Source of the DNA: an uncultured Gammaproteobacteria bacterium | GTDB lineage: Bacteria > Patescibacteriota > Microgenomatia > UBA10105 > UBA927 | Length of the DNA: 57,999 nt | Reading direction: 5' to 3' | NCBI GenBank assembly: GCA_964385705.1 | Contig: CAYLQG010000002.1 | Coordinates: 5,224-63,222, forward strand | Shown: piece by piece, positions 46,757 through 55,031 of the stretch | How positions within the stretch are numbered: the first letter of the stretch is position 1 | Layout of the letters: the number at the start of each line of letters is the position of its first letter | Translations under genes and position numbers: made by a program | The notes under the pieces: generated by a model | Database searches by the model: none | Seen by the model: the letters and a program-made list of their open reading frames with translations, nothing else | What the model was told of the DNA's origin: nothing

Positions 46757-47500
46757 TCAGGTATAATACCCCTTCCACGCATTTAATCGGATTCTCATGA
46801 TATCAAAAAGACCCTGAATGGAGTCTGTAACAGGATTTACGCGGCGTGTTTCCACATAATGCCACTCGACCGGCACTTCCCTAATCTTATATCCTCTCTT
46901 CTTGGCAAGATATATGACCTCTATATCAAATCCGGCCGTCACCATAGAGCCCGCAACTTCATGTTTCTTTCCGTATAACCGCAAACTATGGAAAATATCT
47001 TTCGCTGCCTCACGCTTGAACGCCTTAAACCCGCACTGTGTATCAATAATGCCTTTGAGGCCCAATATCGCGCCCCGGAGCATCATGAAACCACGGGCCA
47101 TCAGGAGCCGGAGAACCGGTGCTCCCTCACGTTTCGAGCTTCGTGAACCGATAACTACATCATATCCATGGTCAAAAAAAGGCAATATCTTCTCAACTTC
47201 ACAAATGGGTGTAGCTTGGTCCAAATCCGTAAAAAGCACGATATCGCCTTTTGCTGCCAACATGCCGGTTATTACGGTACTGGCCTTTCCCATGTGGTGA
47301 TTATGAATGACGCGGAAATTCCTGTTTACGCGGGAAAAATCATCAAGAAGTTTTGATGATCCGTCTATAGACCCATCGTCAACGAGGATGACTTCCCACG
47401 CATACGACTGATGTTCGAGATACAAAGACACCTTATCAAGCGATCCCAACCTGATATTCTTTTCCTCGTTATACGCGGGAATGACAACGGATAACAACAT
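46757..47500 (-). CDS. GT2, dolichyl/polyprenyl-phosphate glucosyltransferase-like (DPG-synthase-like)
   Basis: 247 aa. Motif: LLSVVIPAYNEEKNI...VILVDDGSIDGS...FTDLDQATPICE...VVIGSR. Its start overlaps the upstream stop by 1 nt (TAATG at 47498-47502). Confidence 0.8.
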   Translation of the reverse strand: MLLSVVIPAYNEEKNIRLGSLDKVSLYLEHQSYAWEVILVDDGSIDGSSKLLDDFSRVNRNFRVIHNHHMGKASTVITGMLAAKGDIVLFTDLDQATPICEVEKILPFFDHGYDVVIGSRSSKREGAPVLRLLMARGFMMLRGAILGLKGIIDTQCGFKAFKREAAKDIFHSLRLYGKKHEVAGSMVTAGFDIEVIYLAKKRGYKIREVPVEWHYVETRRVNPVTDSIQGLFDIMRIRLNAWKGYYT

Positions 47501-49116
47501 TATGTTCCTTTAGGCCCCTTATAGTGGATAAGCTTATAAATTTTAACGAACGGAACATCCCAGGAGCCCGCTATATCAGCTCTGCCAAACCCCGCTACTT
47601 CCCATAATGAATCTCCAAGCGGTTGGCAGCCGGTCGTCTCACAGATAACAATCAACTGATCCGTAACTGTCTTCCGATCAGGGTCCACACCTGTGGGCTC
47701 TATCGTGACAGGAGCCCTTCCCCAAATTTCAAAGAAATACCGGTATGCATGATCAGAGTTTCCATCGGTGATTAAGGCAAAATTGAAGGGTTTACCATCC
47801 GTTTTTTCAAGAGCAACCCGCACAATTCTCTGGATTTGTGATATCTGGTTATTCGGCGGGAATATAAAGGGTCTTCCCTGCCAATTAAAAATAAGGAGCG
47901 ACATCCATAAAGCCACAACGAGGATTTTACCGATGGTTCCGTTCCAAAGTTTTGACAAGGTAAATCCCAAAAAGAGAAACGGGAGCCAAAATACAATCCC
48001 GAAGTAATAATCATAAATCGCTTTCCGGTACAGCCCGAAAAGCAGTGTCACGGTGAAAAACCATATAACCAAAAGGAGAACAGCGTCAAACGAATAACCC
48101 GGGGAATTTGTTACCTGATCGATTGCATGAAGCCAGCTTTTTGTGAACTTCGCACGGATTTTTTTAAAAGACAATCCGACAATGGAAAGGAATAATAGTG
48201 TGGAAACGTATATAGTGGCTTTCGTGATAATCATAATCGCAGGGACATACCAATGCGGATAGCTGCTCCACACGGACTCCTCAGGAATGCGGTAAAGAAG
48301 TCTGCCGAAGATCCGGAAAACAACATCGCTGACTGTCGGGAAATAATGAGACCACAAAAAACCGGTATCCTTCCCCGCCAGCATAAATTGAATAATTGAT
48401 CTCGTATTCGGAAAGCCGTGTCTCACCTCAAATGCGAAAAATGGTGAAATACCGATCATAAATCCGCCTGCGGTTTTGAGAGCTGACTCAAATAAACGTA
48501 TTAATCTGGCATGCAGGAGGTACCAAATCGCGACAACGACAAAGAGAAACAGAAACAGGTAATGTAACTGAATGCCGATCCCCAAAATAATACCGATGAT
48601 AAACGCGTCGAACCGCCCGGGCTTTACAACAAGTCTCCAGAGAAAATATGCAAGGGAAAGTGAAAAAAACGGAACGATATTCGGATTCCATGATGAGCGG
48701 GAATATGCAATAACAAGCGGTGATAAAGCATATGCGCTTGCTGCAATAAGACCAGTTAATCGATTAAAAAAATCGCTCCCGACCTTATATACAAGAAAAA
48801 TAGTCGCAATTCCGAACAATGCGACCATAACAGCGGGCCCGACAGGATCAAGATGAGAAGCCCATAAAAAGGGCAACATAAAATAATAATAAATTGGTCC
48901 GAGAAAAAATCCTCCGACAGACGCTGTAGGACCTAAAAGAGTGAACTTATGATTCACTATCATGTGCATGACGACAAGTACATCCCGCCCCTCGTCGCCC
49001 AAAAAGGTCATATAATTCCGGATCATATAGAGCCGTAAATATGCGCCAAGAAGAATGATGAGAAACAAGAGAATTTCCGACCAATATCGTAATAGGAATG
49101 ATTTAATCTGTTTCAT
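47500..49116 (-). CDS. polytopic membrane protein, divergent ArnT/PMT_2-like (group D)
   Basis: The ORF-track start at 49131 is a TTG. The first ATG is at 49116 (MKQIKSFLLRYW...). Motif: FLGDEGRDVLVVMHMIVNHKFTLLGPTASVGGFFLGPIYYYFMLPFLWASHLDPVGP. Confidence 0.6.
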   Translation of the reverse strand: MKQIKSFLLRYWSEILLFLIILLGAYLRLYMIRNYMTFLGDEGRDVLVVMHMIVNHKFTLLGPTASVGGFFLGPIYYYFMLPFLWASHLDPVGPAVMVALFGIATIFLVYKVGSDFFNRLTGLIAASAYALSPLVIAYSRSSWNPNIVPFFSLSLAYFLWRLVVKPGRFDAFIIGIILGIGIQLHYLFLFLFVVVAIWYLLHARLIRLFESALKTAGGFMIGISPFFAFEVRHGFPNTRSIIQFMLAGKDTGFLWSHYFPTVSDVVFRIFGRLLYRIPEESVWSSYPHWYVPAIMIITKATIYVSTLLFLSIVGLSFKKIRAKFTKSWLHAIDQVTNSPGYSFDAVLLLVIWFFTVTLLFGLYRKAIYDYYFGIVFWLPFLFLGFTLSKLWNGTIGKILVVALWMSLLIFNWQGRPFIFPPNNQISQIQRIVRVALEKTDGKPFNFALITDGNSDHAYRYFFEIWGRAPVTIEPTGVDPDRKTVTDQLIVICETTGCQPLGDSLWEVAGFGRADIAGSWDVPFVKIYKLIHYKGPKGT

Positions 49117-49131
49117 AATGCAGTAGGACAA

Positions 49132-50250
49132 CTACTTTTTCCAGATTACTTTTGAGTACATAAAATAATTCCAAACCAGAAGAAGCGCAGTACCCCCGAG
49201 GAAGTAAATAAAATAGTGCTGATCTCCGTAGAGTCGGACGCCAAGTGCAATTATCCCCGTCTGGATGACAATAACACCGAATGCGGAAGTACCGTAAAAC
49301 TGCAGGAGTTTCAGAAGATATTGGCGGAAACCGGAAATTTTTTTGTGACCGAATGTCCATAAATTATTGAGATTATAGTTAGAAAAGATTGCGACTGCGG
49401 CCCCGATAAGATTTGCAACTGATGCCGTAAGATGAACCCAATTATGAAATATCATCAAAAGTACTGCGTTGATCCCGAAACCGATACCCCCGACAACAAG
49501 AAATTTGGAAAAAGATCCTGCAAAAATTTCCTGCATGCGGGACTCAAAAATATACAGAAAAATATTTTTGATATACTCTGCCGGGGCGATTTTCGAGTGA
49601 CCGTAAAGCCGGTCCGTAAAATGAAAGGGAACCTCTAAAATCTTGGCACCGTGGTGGATGGCTTTATGTAAAAACGCTATTTGGAAAACGTAGCCGCTGT
49701 ATTTCGACAGCTCAGAATGTATCTCGACATAAAACTTTTTCGTGTATGCCCGGAATCCGCCCGTCCAATCGTTGACTCGAACATGACCCAATCCGAACCG
49801 GACAATAGAATTTCCCAAAACGCTGTATATTTTCCGGTGCATTCCCCAATTTTCCGGAATTGAACCGCCCTTAATATATCTGCTGCCGACGACAAAGTCA
49901 TATCCGTTATCGAGCGCCCGCAAAAAGTCCGGTGCGATCTTCGGATCATGCGACAAATCCGCGTCCATCTGCAATACCGCATCTGCACCCATATGTTCAA
50001 ACGCATAGGTCATTCCGCGAAGTATTGCTTTCCCCAAACCTTCTTTTTTACCGCTTATTATTTCAACGTTCTTATGAGTTTTTTTATACGTTACGACAGT
50101 GTCATAAGTTCCGTCAGGCGACGTGTCATCCACAACAAGATAGGAAATAGTGTGATTGTTAATCACCTTAAATGCAGAAGCTAATTGAGTGAGAAGCGTC
50201 GCGATATTTTCTCGCTCGTTATACGTGGGAACGACAACGACAACCTTCAT
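49132..50250 (-). CDS. polyprenyl-phosphate sugar synthase (DPM1-like GT2) fused to a C-terminal GtrA-like membrane domain
   Basis: The ORF-track start at 50277 is a TTG. The first ATG is at 50250 (MKVVVVVPTYNERENIATL...VVDDTSPDGT...QMDADLSHDP...VVGSRY). The C-terminal ~130 aa (FSKFLVVGGIGFGINAVLLMIFHNWVHL...FSNYNLNNLWTF...) form 4 hydrophobic helices typical of GtrA. Confidence 0.8.
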   Translation of the reverse strand: MKVVVVVPTYNERENIATLLTQLASAFKVINNHTISYLVVDDTSPDGTYDTVVTYKKTHKNVEIISGKKEGLGKAILRGMTYAFEHMGADAVLQMDADLSHDPKIAPDFLRALDNGYDFVVGSRYIKGGSIPENWGMHRKIYSVLGNSIVRFGLGHVRVNDWTGGFRAYTKKFYVEIHSELSKYSGYVFQIAFLHKAIHHGAKILEVPFHFTDRLYGHSKIAPAEYIKNIFLYIFESRMQEIFAGSFSKFLVVGGIGFGINAVLLMIFHNWVHLTASVANLIGAAVAIFSNYNLNNLWTFGHKKISGFRQYLLKLLQFYGTSAFGVIVIQTGIIALGVRLYGDQHYFIYFLGGTALLLVWNYFMYSKVIWKK

Positions 50251-50258
50251 AAATGATG

Positions 50259-51218
50259 CTAAACCCGTTCTCGCCAATAGTTCAGGAGGTCTTCCATTGT
50301 CTTTTTAAAGGAAATCTCAGCTTTCCAACCTGTTTTTGCGACAAATTTAGTGTTATCCCCGAGCAATACCGGAACATCCGACGGGCGCATGCGTGCCGGA
50401 TCCTGTTTAATTTCGACTTTTGTCTTTGACATGGAAAGCAATAAATTCAACATGTCTCCGATCTTAATAGTGGAACCGGTACAGATATTGTAAACGTCCC
50501 CGGGATCGCATTTTTCGACTGCCATAAGATAGGCGCGTACCATATCCCGCACATCGGTGTAATCGCGGCTTGCCTCAAGGTTACCAACATGAATGATAGG
50601 GTCCTGTTTTCCCTTTTCAATAAGCGCTATCTGTTTGGCGAAATTCGACTCAGCAAACGTATCTCCTCGGCGGGGTCCGGTATGGTTAAACCCGCGGGTC
50701 CTGACAACCCGTACTTTATACGATTGATAATACTGATAACCCAAATAGTCCATGGCCAGTTTCGAAACGGCATAGGGGCTTAGCGGTCGGAGCGGATTGG
50801 TTTCTTTAATCGGTATCTCGTTTTCGTGGACCAATCCGTATTCCTCTGATGAACAGGCAATCTGGATGACGGGATCAACGCCGGCCATGCGCACCGCTTC
50901 AAAAAGGTTCGCCGAGCCTACGATGTTCACCTCAAGTGTTACAGAAGGCGACACCCATGAGGTCGGTACAAACGACTGCGCTGCTAAATGGAATATGTAC
51001 ATCGGCTTAATCCGTGATATTGTGGCATAGAGACTATGTGTGTCGAGTAAATCCGCATCCTCAAGGTGCAATTTATTTATAATCGACTCAATATGGTCGG
51101 TTTTACTTCTTGCACGGAGTAATCCATAGACTTCATACCCACGGGACAAGAGTAACTCAGCCAAATGGCTTCCGACAAATCCTGCAATCCCGGTAATAAA
51201 TGCTTTTTTTGCTGCCAT
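50259..51218 (-). CDS. extended SDR of the GDP-mannose 4,6-dehydratase / GDP-4-keto-6-deoxymannose reductase (Gmd/Rmd) family
   Basis: 319 aa. Motifs: AFITGIAGFVGSHLAELLLSRGYEVYGL, SPYAVSKLA (Y-x3-K), RGFNHTGPRRG and QDPARMRPSDVP...TGWKAEISF. Confidence 0.7.
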   Translation of the reverse strand: MAAKKAFITGIAGFVGSHLAELLLSRGYEVYGLLRARSKTDHIESIINKLHLEDADLLDTHSLYATISRIKPMYIFHLAAQSFVPTSWVSPSVTLEVNIVGSANLFEAVRMAGVDPVIQIACSSEEYGLVHENEIPIKETNPLRPLSPYAVSKLAMDYLGYQYYQSYKVRVVRTRGFNHTGPRRGDTFAESNFAKQIALIEKGKQDPIIHVGNLEASRDYTDVRDMVRAYLMAVEKCDPGDVYNICTGSTIKIGDMLNLLLSMSKTKVEIKQDPARMRPSDVPVLLGDNTKFVAKTGWKAEISFKKTMEDLLNYWRERV

Positions 51219-51222
51219 ACGT

Positions 51223-51229
51223 CCTCCTT
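51223..51229 (-). promoter_or_regulatory. Shine-Dalgarno site for the Gmd/Rmd-like gene
   Basis: The reverse complement reads AAGGAGG, followed by a 4-nt spacer (ACGT) and the ATG at 51218. It is the strongest SD I found in the window and lies in the 60-nt gap after ugd. Confidence 0.6.
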
Positions 51230-51278
51230 AAAATATGTGATATCCCTCGCCTTCACTCGGGATGACTCCAAAACGTCG

Positions 51279-52577
51279 TCACATTCTCCCTACACCATAA
51301 TACATGAATCCAAGCTGTTTTACACGTGTAGGCTCATAAATATTTCGCCCATCAAACAGCACGAGGGATTTAAGACCTCTTGCAAGTTTAACAAGATCTA
51401 ACTGTTGGAACTCATTCCATTCCGTTAGAACGACAATGCCGTCTGACCCGTTAGCCGCCTCATACGGATTTTTTGCAAAACTTACGTCCTTTGGCAGTAA
51501 CGGCTTTGCGTTATCCATCGCGACAGGATCGTACGCAACAATTCTGGCACCGTGTTTTACAAGCTCGTTAATGATATTGATAGAAGGCGCCTCGCGCATA
51601 TCATCGGTATTGGGTTTAAATGAAAGTCCGAGAACAGCGAGCGTCTTCTTATGGAGATCATTATTGTAATGCCGTAAAATTTTATCCACAAAATGTTTGC
51701 CTGCCTGTTTATTTATCTCATCTACCGCTTTCAAAAGCGCAAAATTATATCCATGCTCGTCCGATATCGCGATCAGCGCTTTCACATCCTTCGGGAAACA
51801 ACTGCCGCCATATCCGACACCCGGATAAAGAAATCCGCGTCCAATTCTACGATCAAGTCCTACTCCTTCTAACACCTTTTCAACATCAGCGCCGACTTTT
51901 TCCGCCAAAAATCCGACAGCGTTAGCAAATGATATTTTCGTCGAAAGAAGAGAATTACTTGCATATTTAATAAGTTCGGCAGTCTCGACGTTACATAAAA
52001 GCTTTTTGCCGTCAATGGATTTATGAAGTTCAAGGAGAAGTTCGCGGGCCCGATCCGATGTTGTCCCAATAATCACGCGATCAGGATGGAGCGTATCCTC
52101 AATAGCAGTCCCTTCTCTCAAAAACTCAGGGACTGATGCAATAGCGAATGTTGCGCCTTCGGGTTTGTGTTTCGTGAGCACTTGTGAGACCTTTTGATTT
52201 GTACCTGGAGGAACCGTACTTTTCGTAACGACAACTTTATACCCAACTAATGCCTTCCCCACACTTTCAGCTGCCGCGAAAACGCTTGTTAAATCCGCTT
52301 CTCCTGTTGGCTTCGGTGGAGTTCCGACGCAAATAAAAATTATTGAGGAAGGAGCCACCGCCTGTTTATAGTCGAGAGTAAAAATAAGTCGCCCTGCATC
52401 AACATTCCGCTTTACTAATTCCGACAATCCCGGTTCATAGAACGGTGCAATGCCCTTTTTGAGTTTATCAATCTTTTCCTTCGTACGACCGACCACCCAA
52501 ACCGTATTGCCCAAATCGGCAAAAACGGCTGCAGTCACTAGCCCTACATATCCGTGTCCTACAAATGTTACTGTCAT
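51279..52577 (-). CDS. ugd: UDP-glucose 6-dehydrogenase
   Basis: 432 aa. Motifs: VTFVGHGYVGLVTAAVFADLGNTVWVV, FICVGTPPKPTGEADL and GVGYGGSCFPKDVKAL (catalytic Cys motif). C-terminal UDPG_MGDP_dh domain. Confidence 0.85.
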   Translation of the reverse strand: MTVTFVGHGYVGLVTAAVFADLGNTVWVVGRTKEKIDKLKKGIAPFYEPGLSELVKRNVDAGRLIFTLDYKQAVAPSSIIFICVGTPPKPTGEADLTSVFAAAESVGKALVGYKVVVTKSTVPPGTNQKVSQVLTKHKPEGATFAIASVPEFLREGTAIEDTLHPDRVIIGTTSDRARELLLELHKSIDGKKLLCNVETAELIKYASNSLLSTKISFANAVGFLAEKVGADVEKVLEGVGLDRRIGRGFLYPGVGYGGSCFPKDVKALIAISDEHGYNFALLKAVDEINKQAGKHFVDKILRHYNNDLHKKTLAVLGLSFKPNTDDMREAPSINIINELVKHGARIVAYDPVAMDNAKPLLPKDVSFAKNPYEAANGSDGIVVLTEWNEFQQLDLVKLARGLKSLVLFDGRNIYEPTRVKQLGFMYYGVGRM

Positions 52578-52592
52578 ATTTGATGTTTAAGA

Positions 52593-52618
52593 AAAATAGC
52601 GGACGCCACGCGCGTCCC
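52593..52618 (-). terminator. candidate intrinsic terminator after rmlD
   Basis: The minus strand reads GGACGC-GCGTG-GCGTCC (6-bp GC stem at 52601-52606 / 52612-52617, 5-nt loop) followed by GCTATTTTTC. It lies in the 70-nt gap between the rmlD stop (52648) and the ugd start (52577). The U-tract is short and offset by 4 nt. Confidence 0.45.
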
Positions 52619-52647
52619 ACTCATCTATATTACCATATTTTGTGCTG

Positions 52648-53535
52648 TCATTCTTCCTGACGTTTTATCTCCTTAATGCCATCCTTGAATGTACGCATTA
52701 AGACGCCAAGAGATGCGATCTTATCATTTTTTAAAGCTGCGTATTGCGGCGTTGGAGCCCGGTCTCGGAACATTTCGGCAAACGGTATCGATTTCACGAG
52801 TGCTGTATCACAACCGAATTCCTTTGCAAGGGTTGTTGCCGCGTCAAACGGAGACAAGGGACCGCTTCCGACAATATGATACATGCCGTGCGCATTGTGG
52901 ATGATAAGCGCATCGACAGCATACGCAATATCATCAATAAACGTCGGTACGAATAATTGGTCTTTTGGAGCCGTAATTCCCTGCCCTGATTGCAGACGTT
53001 CAAGCATTTTATGGACAAAATCTTTTTTTCCCGGTTGCAAAGATTGACCCGTAGGATGAGCACGGTACGGATTTGAAATTCTAATAACCAGTCCTTGAGA
53101 TCCAAGTCCAAGGATGCGTATAGCTCCATCAAATTTGGTTATCGCATACCACCCGAGAGGGTGTGGAGGGTCGTCTTCGGAGTATTCTGATTTTTTTCCG
53201 TCAAAGGCGTAATCAGTGTCTATATAGAGAACTTTTTTTGAATGTTTTATCGCATTATCAATAATTGATTGCGTTGCGGCGACGTTTATCTTCCACGCAA
53301 TACTCTTTTCCCCAAGTGCTCGCTCCTTTTCGGCTCCCTGCACATCGGTATAGGCGGCAAAATGAAAAACCCATGGAGCGTCCGACTTGTCGAAAAAATC
53401 TTTTACACTTTTCGCGTCAGTAATGTCGACACCGGTCTCAAGGCTTAAATTTTCAAATGAATAACGGGAGGTCAAAAGTTCAACTACGCGAGATCCTACT
53501 AGTCCGGATAACCCTGTCCCCAACACTTTGATCAT
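52648..53535 (-). CDS. rmlD: dTDP-4-dehydrorhamnose reductase
   Basis: 295 aa. Motifs: MIKVLGTGLSGLVGSRV and YIDTDYAFDGKKSEYSEDDPPHPLGWYAITKFDG (RmlD-type STDYVFDG...Y-x3-K). Last gene of the rml block. ATGA overlap with the rmlB stop (53532-53535). Confidence 0.7.
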   Translation of the reverse strand: MIKVLGTGLSGLVGSRVVELLTSRYSFENLSLETGVDITDAKSVKDFFDKSDAPWVFHFAAYTDVQGAEKERALGEKSIAWKINVAATQSIIDNAIKHSKKVLYIDTDYAFDGKKSEYSEDDPPHPLGWYAITKFDGAIRILGLGSQGLVIRISNPYRAHPTGQSLQPGKKDFVHKMLERLQSGQGITAPKDQLFVPTFIDDIAYAVDALIIHNAHGMYHIVGSGPLSPFDAATTLAKEFGCDTALVKSIPFAEMFRDRAPTPQYAALKNDKIASLGVLMRTFKDGIKEIKRQEE

Positions 53536-54548
53536 ACGCCGCCTCCATACTGTTTTTTGTAATACTGTTGATATGCACCGGTCTTAACCCGCCGCCACCA
53601 CGACTCATGTTCTTTATACCAGTCTATTGTTTTGAGGAGCCACTCGTCAAAATCATGAAGAGGTGCCCAGGCAAGCTCATCATGAATTTTCGTCCAGTCC
53701 ATTGCATATCTTCGGTCGTGACCGGGCCGGTCTTTCACAAATTCTATACACGACTCATCCTTGCCCATTTTTGCGAGTATTTGCTTTATGACTTCCAGAT
53801 TATTAATATCACGCGTTACACCCCCTACGCAATACGTCTCTCCGATACGCCCTCTCGTAATAACGGCATCGATCGCCCGGCAGTGATCCTCTACATAAAG
53901 CCAATCTCGTACGTTTTTACCATCTCCGTACACCGGCACTTTTTTTCCCTCAATAATGTTCGTTATAGCAAGCGGAATAAACTTTTCAGGAAAGTGATAC
54001 GGTCCGAAATTATTTGAACAATTCGTGATACTTATAGGCAGTCCGTAGGTGTGATAATACGCTCGAACTAAATGATCGGAAGCAGCTTTACTTGCTGAAT
54101 AGGGACTTCTGGGGTCATAATTTGTTCGTTCACTAAATTTACTCGAATTATCGAGTTTAAGTGATCCGAAAACCTCATCAGTCGATACATGATGGAACCG
54201 GGGAACCTTATGAGTGAGTGCGGCATCCAAAAGGATTTGCGTTCCGAGGACATTCGTCCTCACGAAAGGAGTAGGATCATGGATGGATCGGTCAACGTGG
54301 CTTTCAGCAGCAAAATGTACGACGACATCCACCCCGTTCATCGCCCGGTTAACTACATCAGCGTCGCAGATATCCCCATGTATAAACGTATACCGTGGAT
54401 TTTTTTCCACATCAACAAGGTTTTCCAAATTCCCGGCATACGTTAAAGCGTCAAGATTAACGACCTGATCTCCCTCATGTGTACGCATCCAGTAGAGGAT
54501 GAAGTTAGAGCCGATAAACCCTGCGCCGCCGGTGACGAGTAATTTCAT
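53532..54548 (-). CDS. rmlB: dTDP-glucose 4,6-dehydratase
   Basis: 338 aa. Motifs: MKLLVTGGAGFIGSNFILYW, HFAAESHVDRSI, HVSTDEVFG, SPYSASKAASDHLV and RPGHDRRYAMD. Confidence 0.9.
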   Translation of the reverse strand: MKLLVTGGAGFIGSNFILYWMRTHEGDQVVNLDALTYAGNLENLVDVEKNPRYTFIHGDICDADVVNRAMNGVDVVVHFAAESHVDRSIHDPTPFVRTNVLGTQILLDAALTHKVPRFHHVSTDEVFGSLKLDNSSKFSERTNYDPRSPYSASKAASDHLVRAYYHTYGLPISITNCSNNFGPYHFPEKFIPLAITNIIEGKKVPVYGDGKNVRDWLYVEDHCRAIDAVITRGRIGETYCVGGVTRDINNLEVIKQILAKMGKDESCIEFVKDRPGHDRRYAMDWTKIHDELAWAPLHDFDEWLLKTIDWYKEHESWWRRVKTGAYQQYYKKQYGGGV

Positions 54549-54554
54549 AGAGGA

Positions 54555-55031
54555 TTATGTAATCTTCTTGTTTGTGATAGGTAAGCCTTTAACCCAATCA
54601 TATCCGATGTCGGGATCATTATACGGAATGCGTCCTTCCTCTGCCAGTGAATAAACTCCGCTTGTCACATAGACAAGATCAGCCGGACCCTGTAACACTT
54701 TGAGCCCGTGCGCAACGCCGGCTGGGATCTTTAAGACGATATTCTGCTTACCCGGTTCGCCTAAAATAAACTCATTTAACTCTTTGTACGTTTTTGAGGA
54801 CTTTCTTACGTCATAAACAGCAGCCCTTACGACTCCTGAAGCGACATACCACCAATCTATCTGGGTTTTATGAAGATGCCACGCCTTCACGACGCCTTTT
54901 ACCATGAATGAATGCGACATCTGTGCAAATCCTTCTCTAAAGAAGTCGTCTGTAAACCGTATTACTTCCTCAAAATATCCGCGCTCATCAGGATGCCTGA
55001 CCAATTCCTTTATTTTCACCCCGTCAATCAC
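54555..55031 (-). CDS. rmlC: dTDP-4-dehydrorhamnose 3,5-epimerase-like cupin (short form)
   Basis: 158 aa with a GTG start overlapping the rmlA stop (GTGA at 55028-55031). Motif: HPDERGYFEE...KAWHLHKTQIDWWYVASGVVRAAVYDVRKSSKTYKE...IPAGVAHG. It sits between rmlA and rmlB. Confidence 0.7.
   Translation of the reverse strand: MIDGVKIKELVRHPDERGYFEEVIRFTDDFFREGFAQMSHSFMVKGVVKAWHLHKTQIDWWYVASGVVRAAVYDVRKSSKTYKELNEFILGEPGKQNIVLKIPAGVAHGLKVLQGPADLVYVTSGVYSLAEEGRIPYNDPDIGYDWVKGLPITNKKIT

Noticed and set aside
50251-50277. ORF-track starts at 50277, 49131, 45556, 44026 and 36822, shown as M.
   Set aside because: Reading the DNA shows these are TTG codons a few codons upstream of an ATG. I used the first ATG in each case (50250, 49116, 45550, 44020, 36810). 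The TTG starts cannot be excluded without a trained start model.
51240-51265. A possible hairpin between ugd and the Gmd/Rmd-like gene (tccc...ggga).
   Set aside because: The stem is only 4 bp before mismatches and has no T-run. It is not a credible terminator.
44039-52577. The idea that ugd plus ArnT-like plus ArnC-like GT2 constitutes a polymyxin-resistance (arn/pmr) lipid A modification operon.
   Set aside because: There is no ArnA (formyltransferase/decarboxylase), ArnB (aminotransferase), ArnD or ArnE/F-like gene in the window. The ArnT-like proteins are only distantly similar, and the context points to a general GT-C glycan locus.
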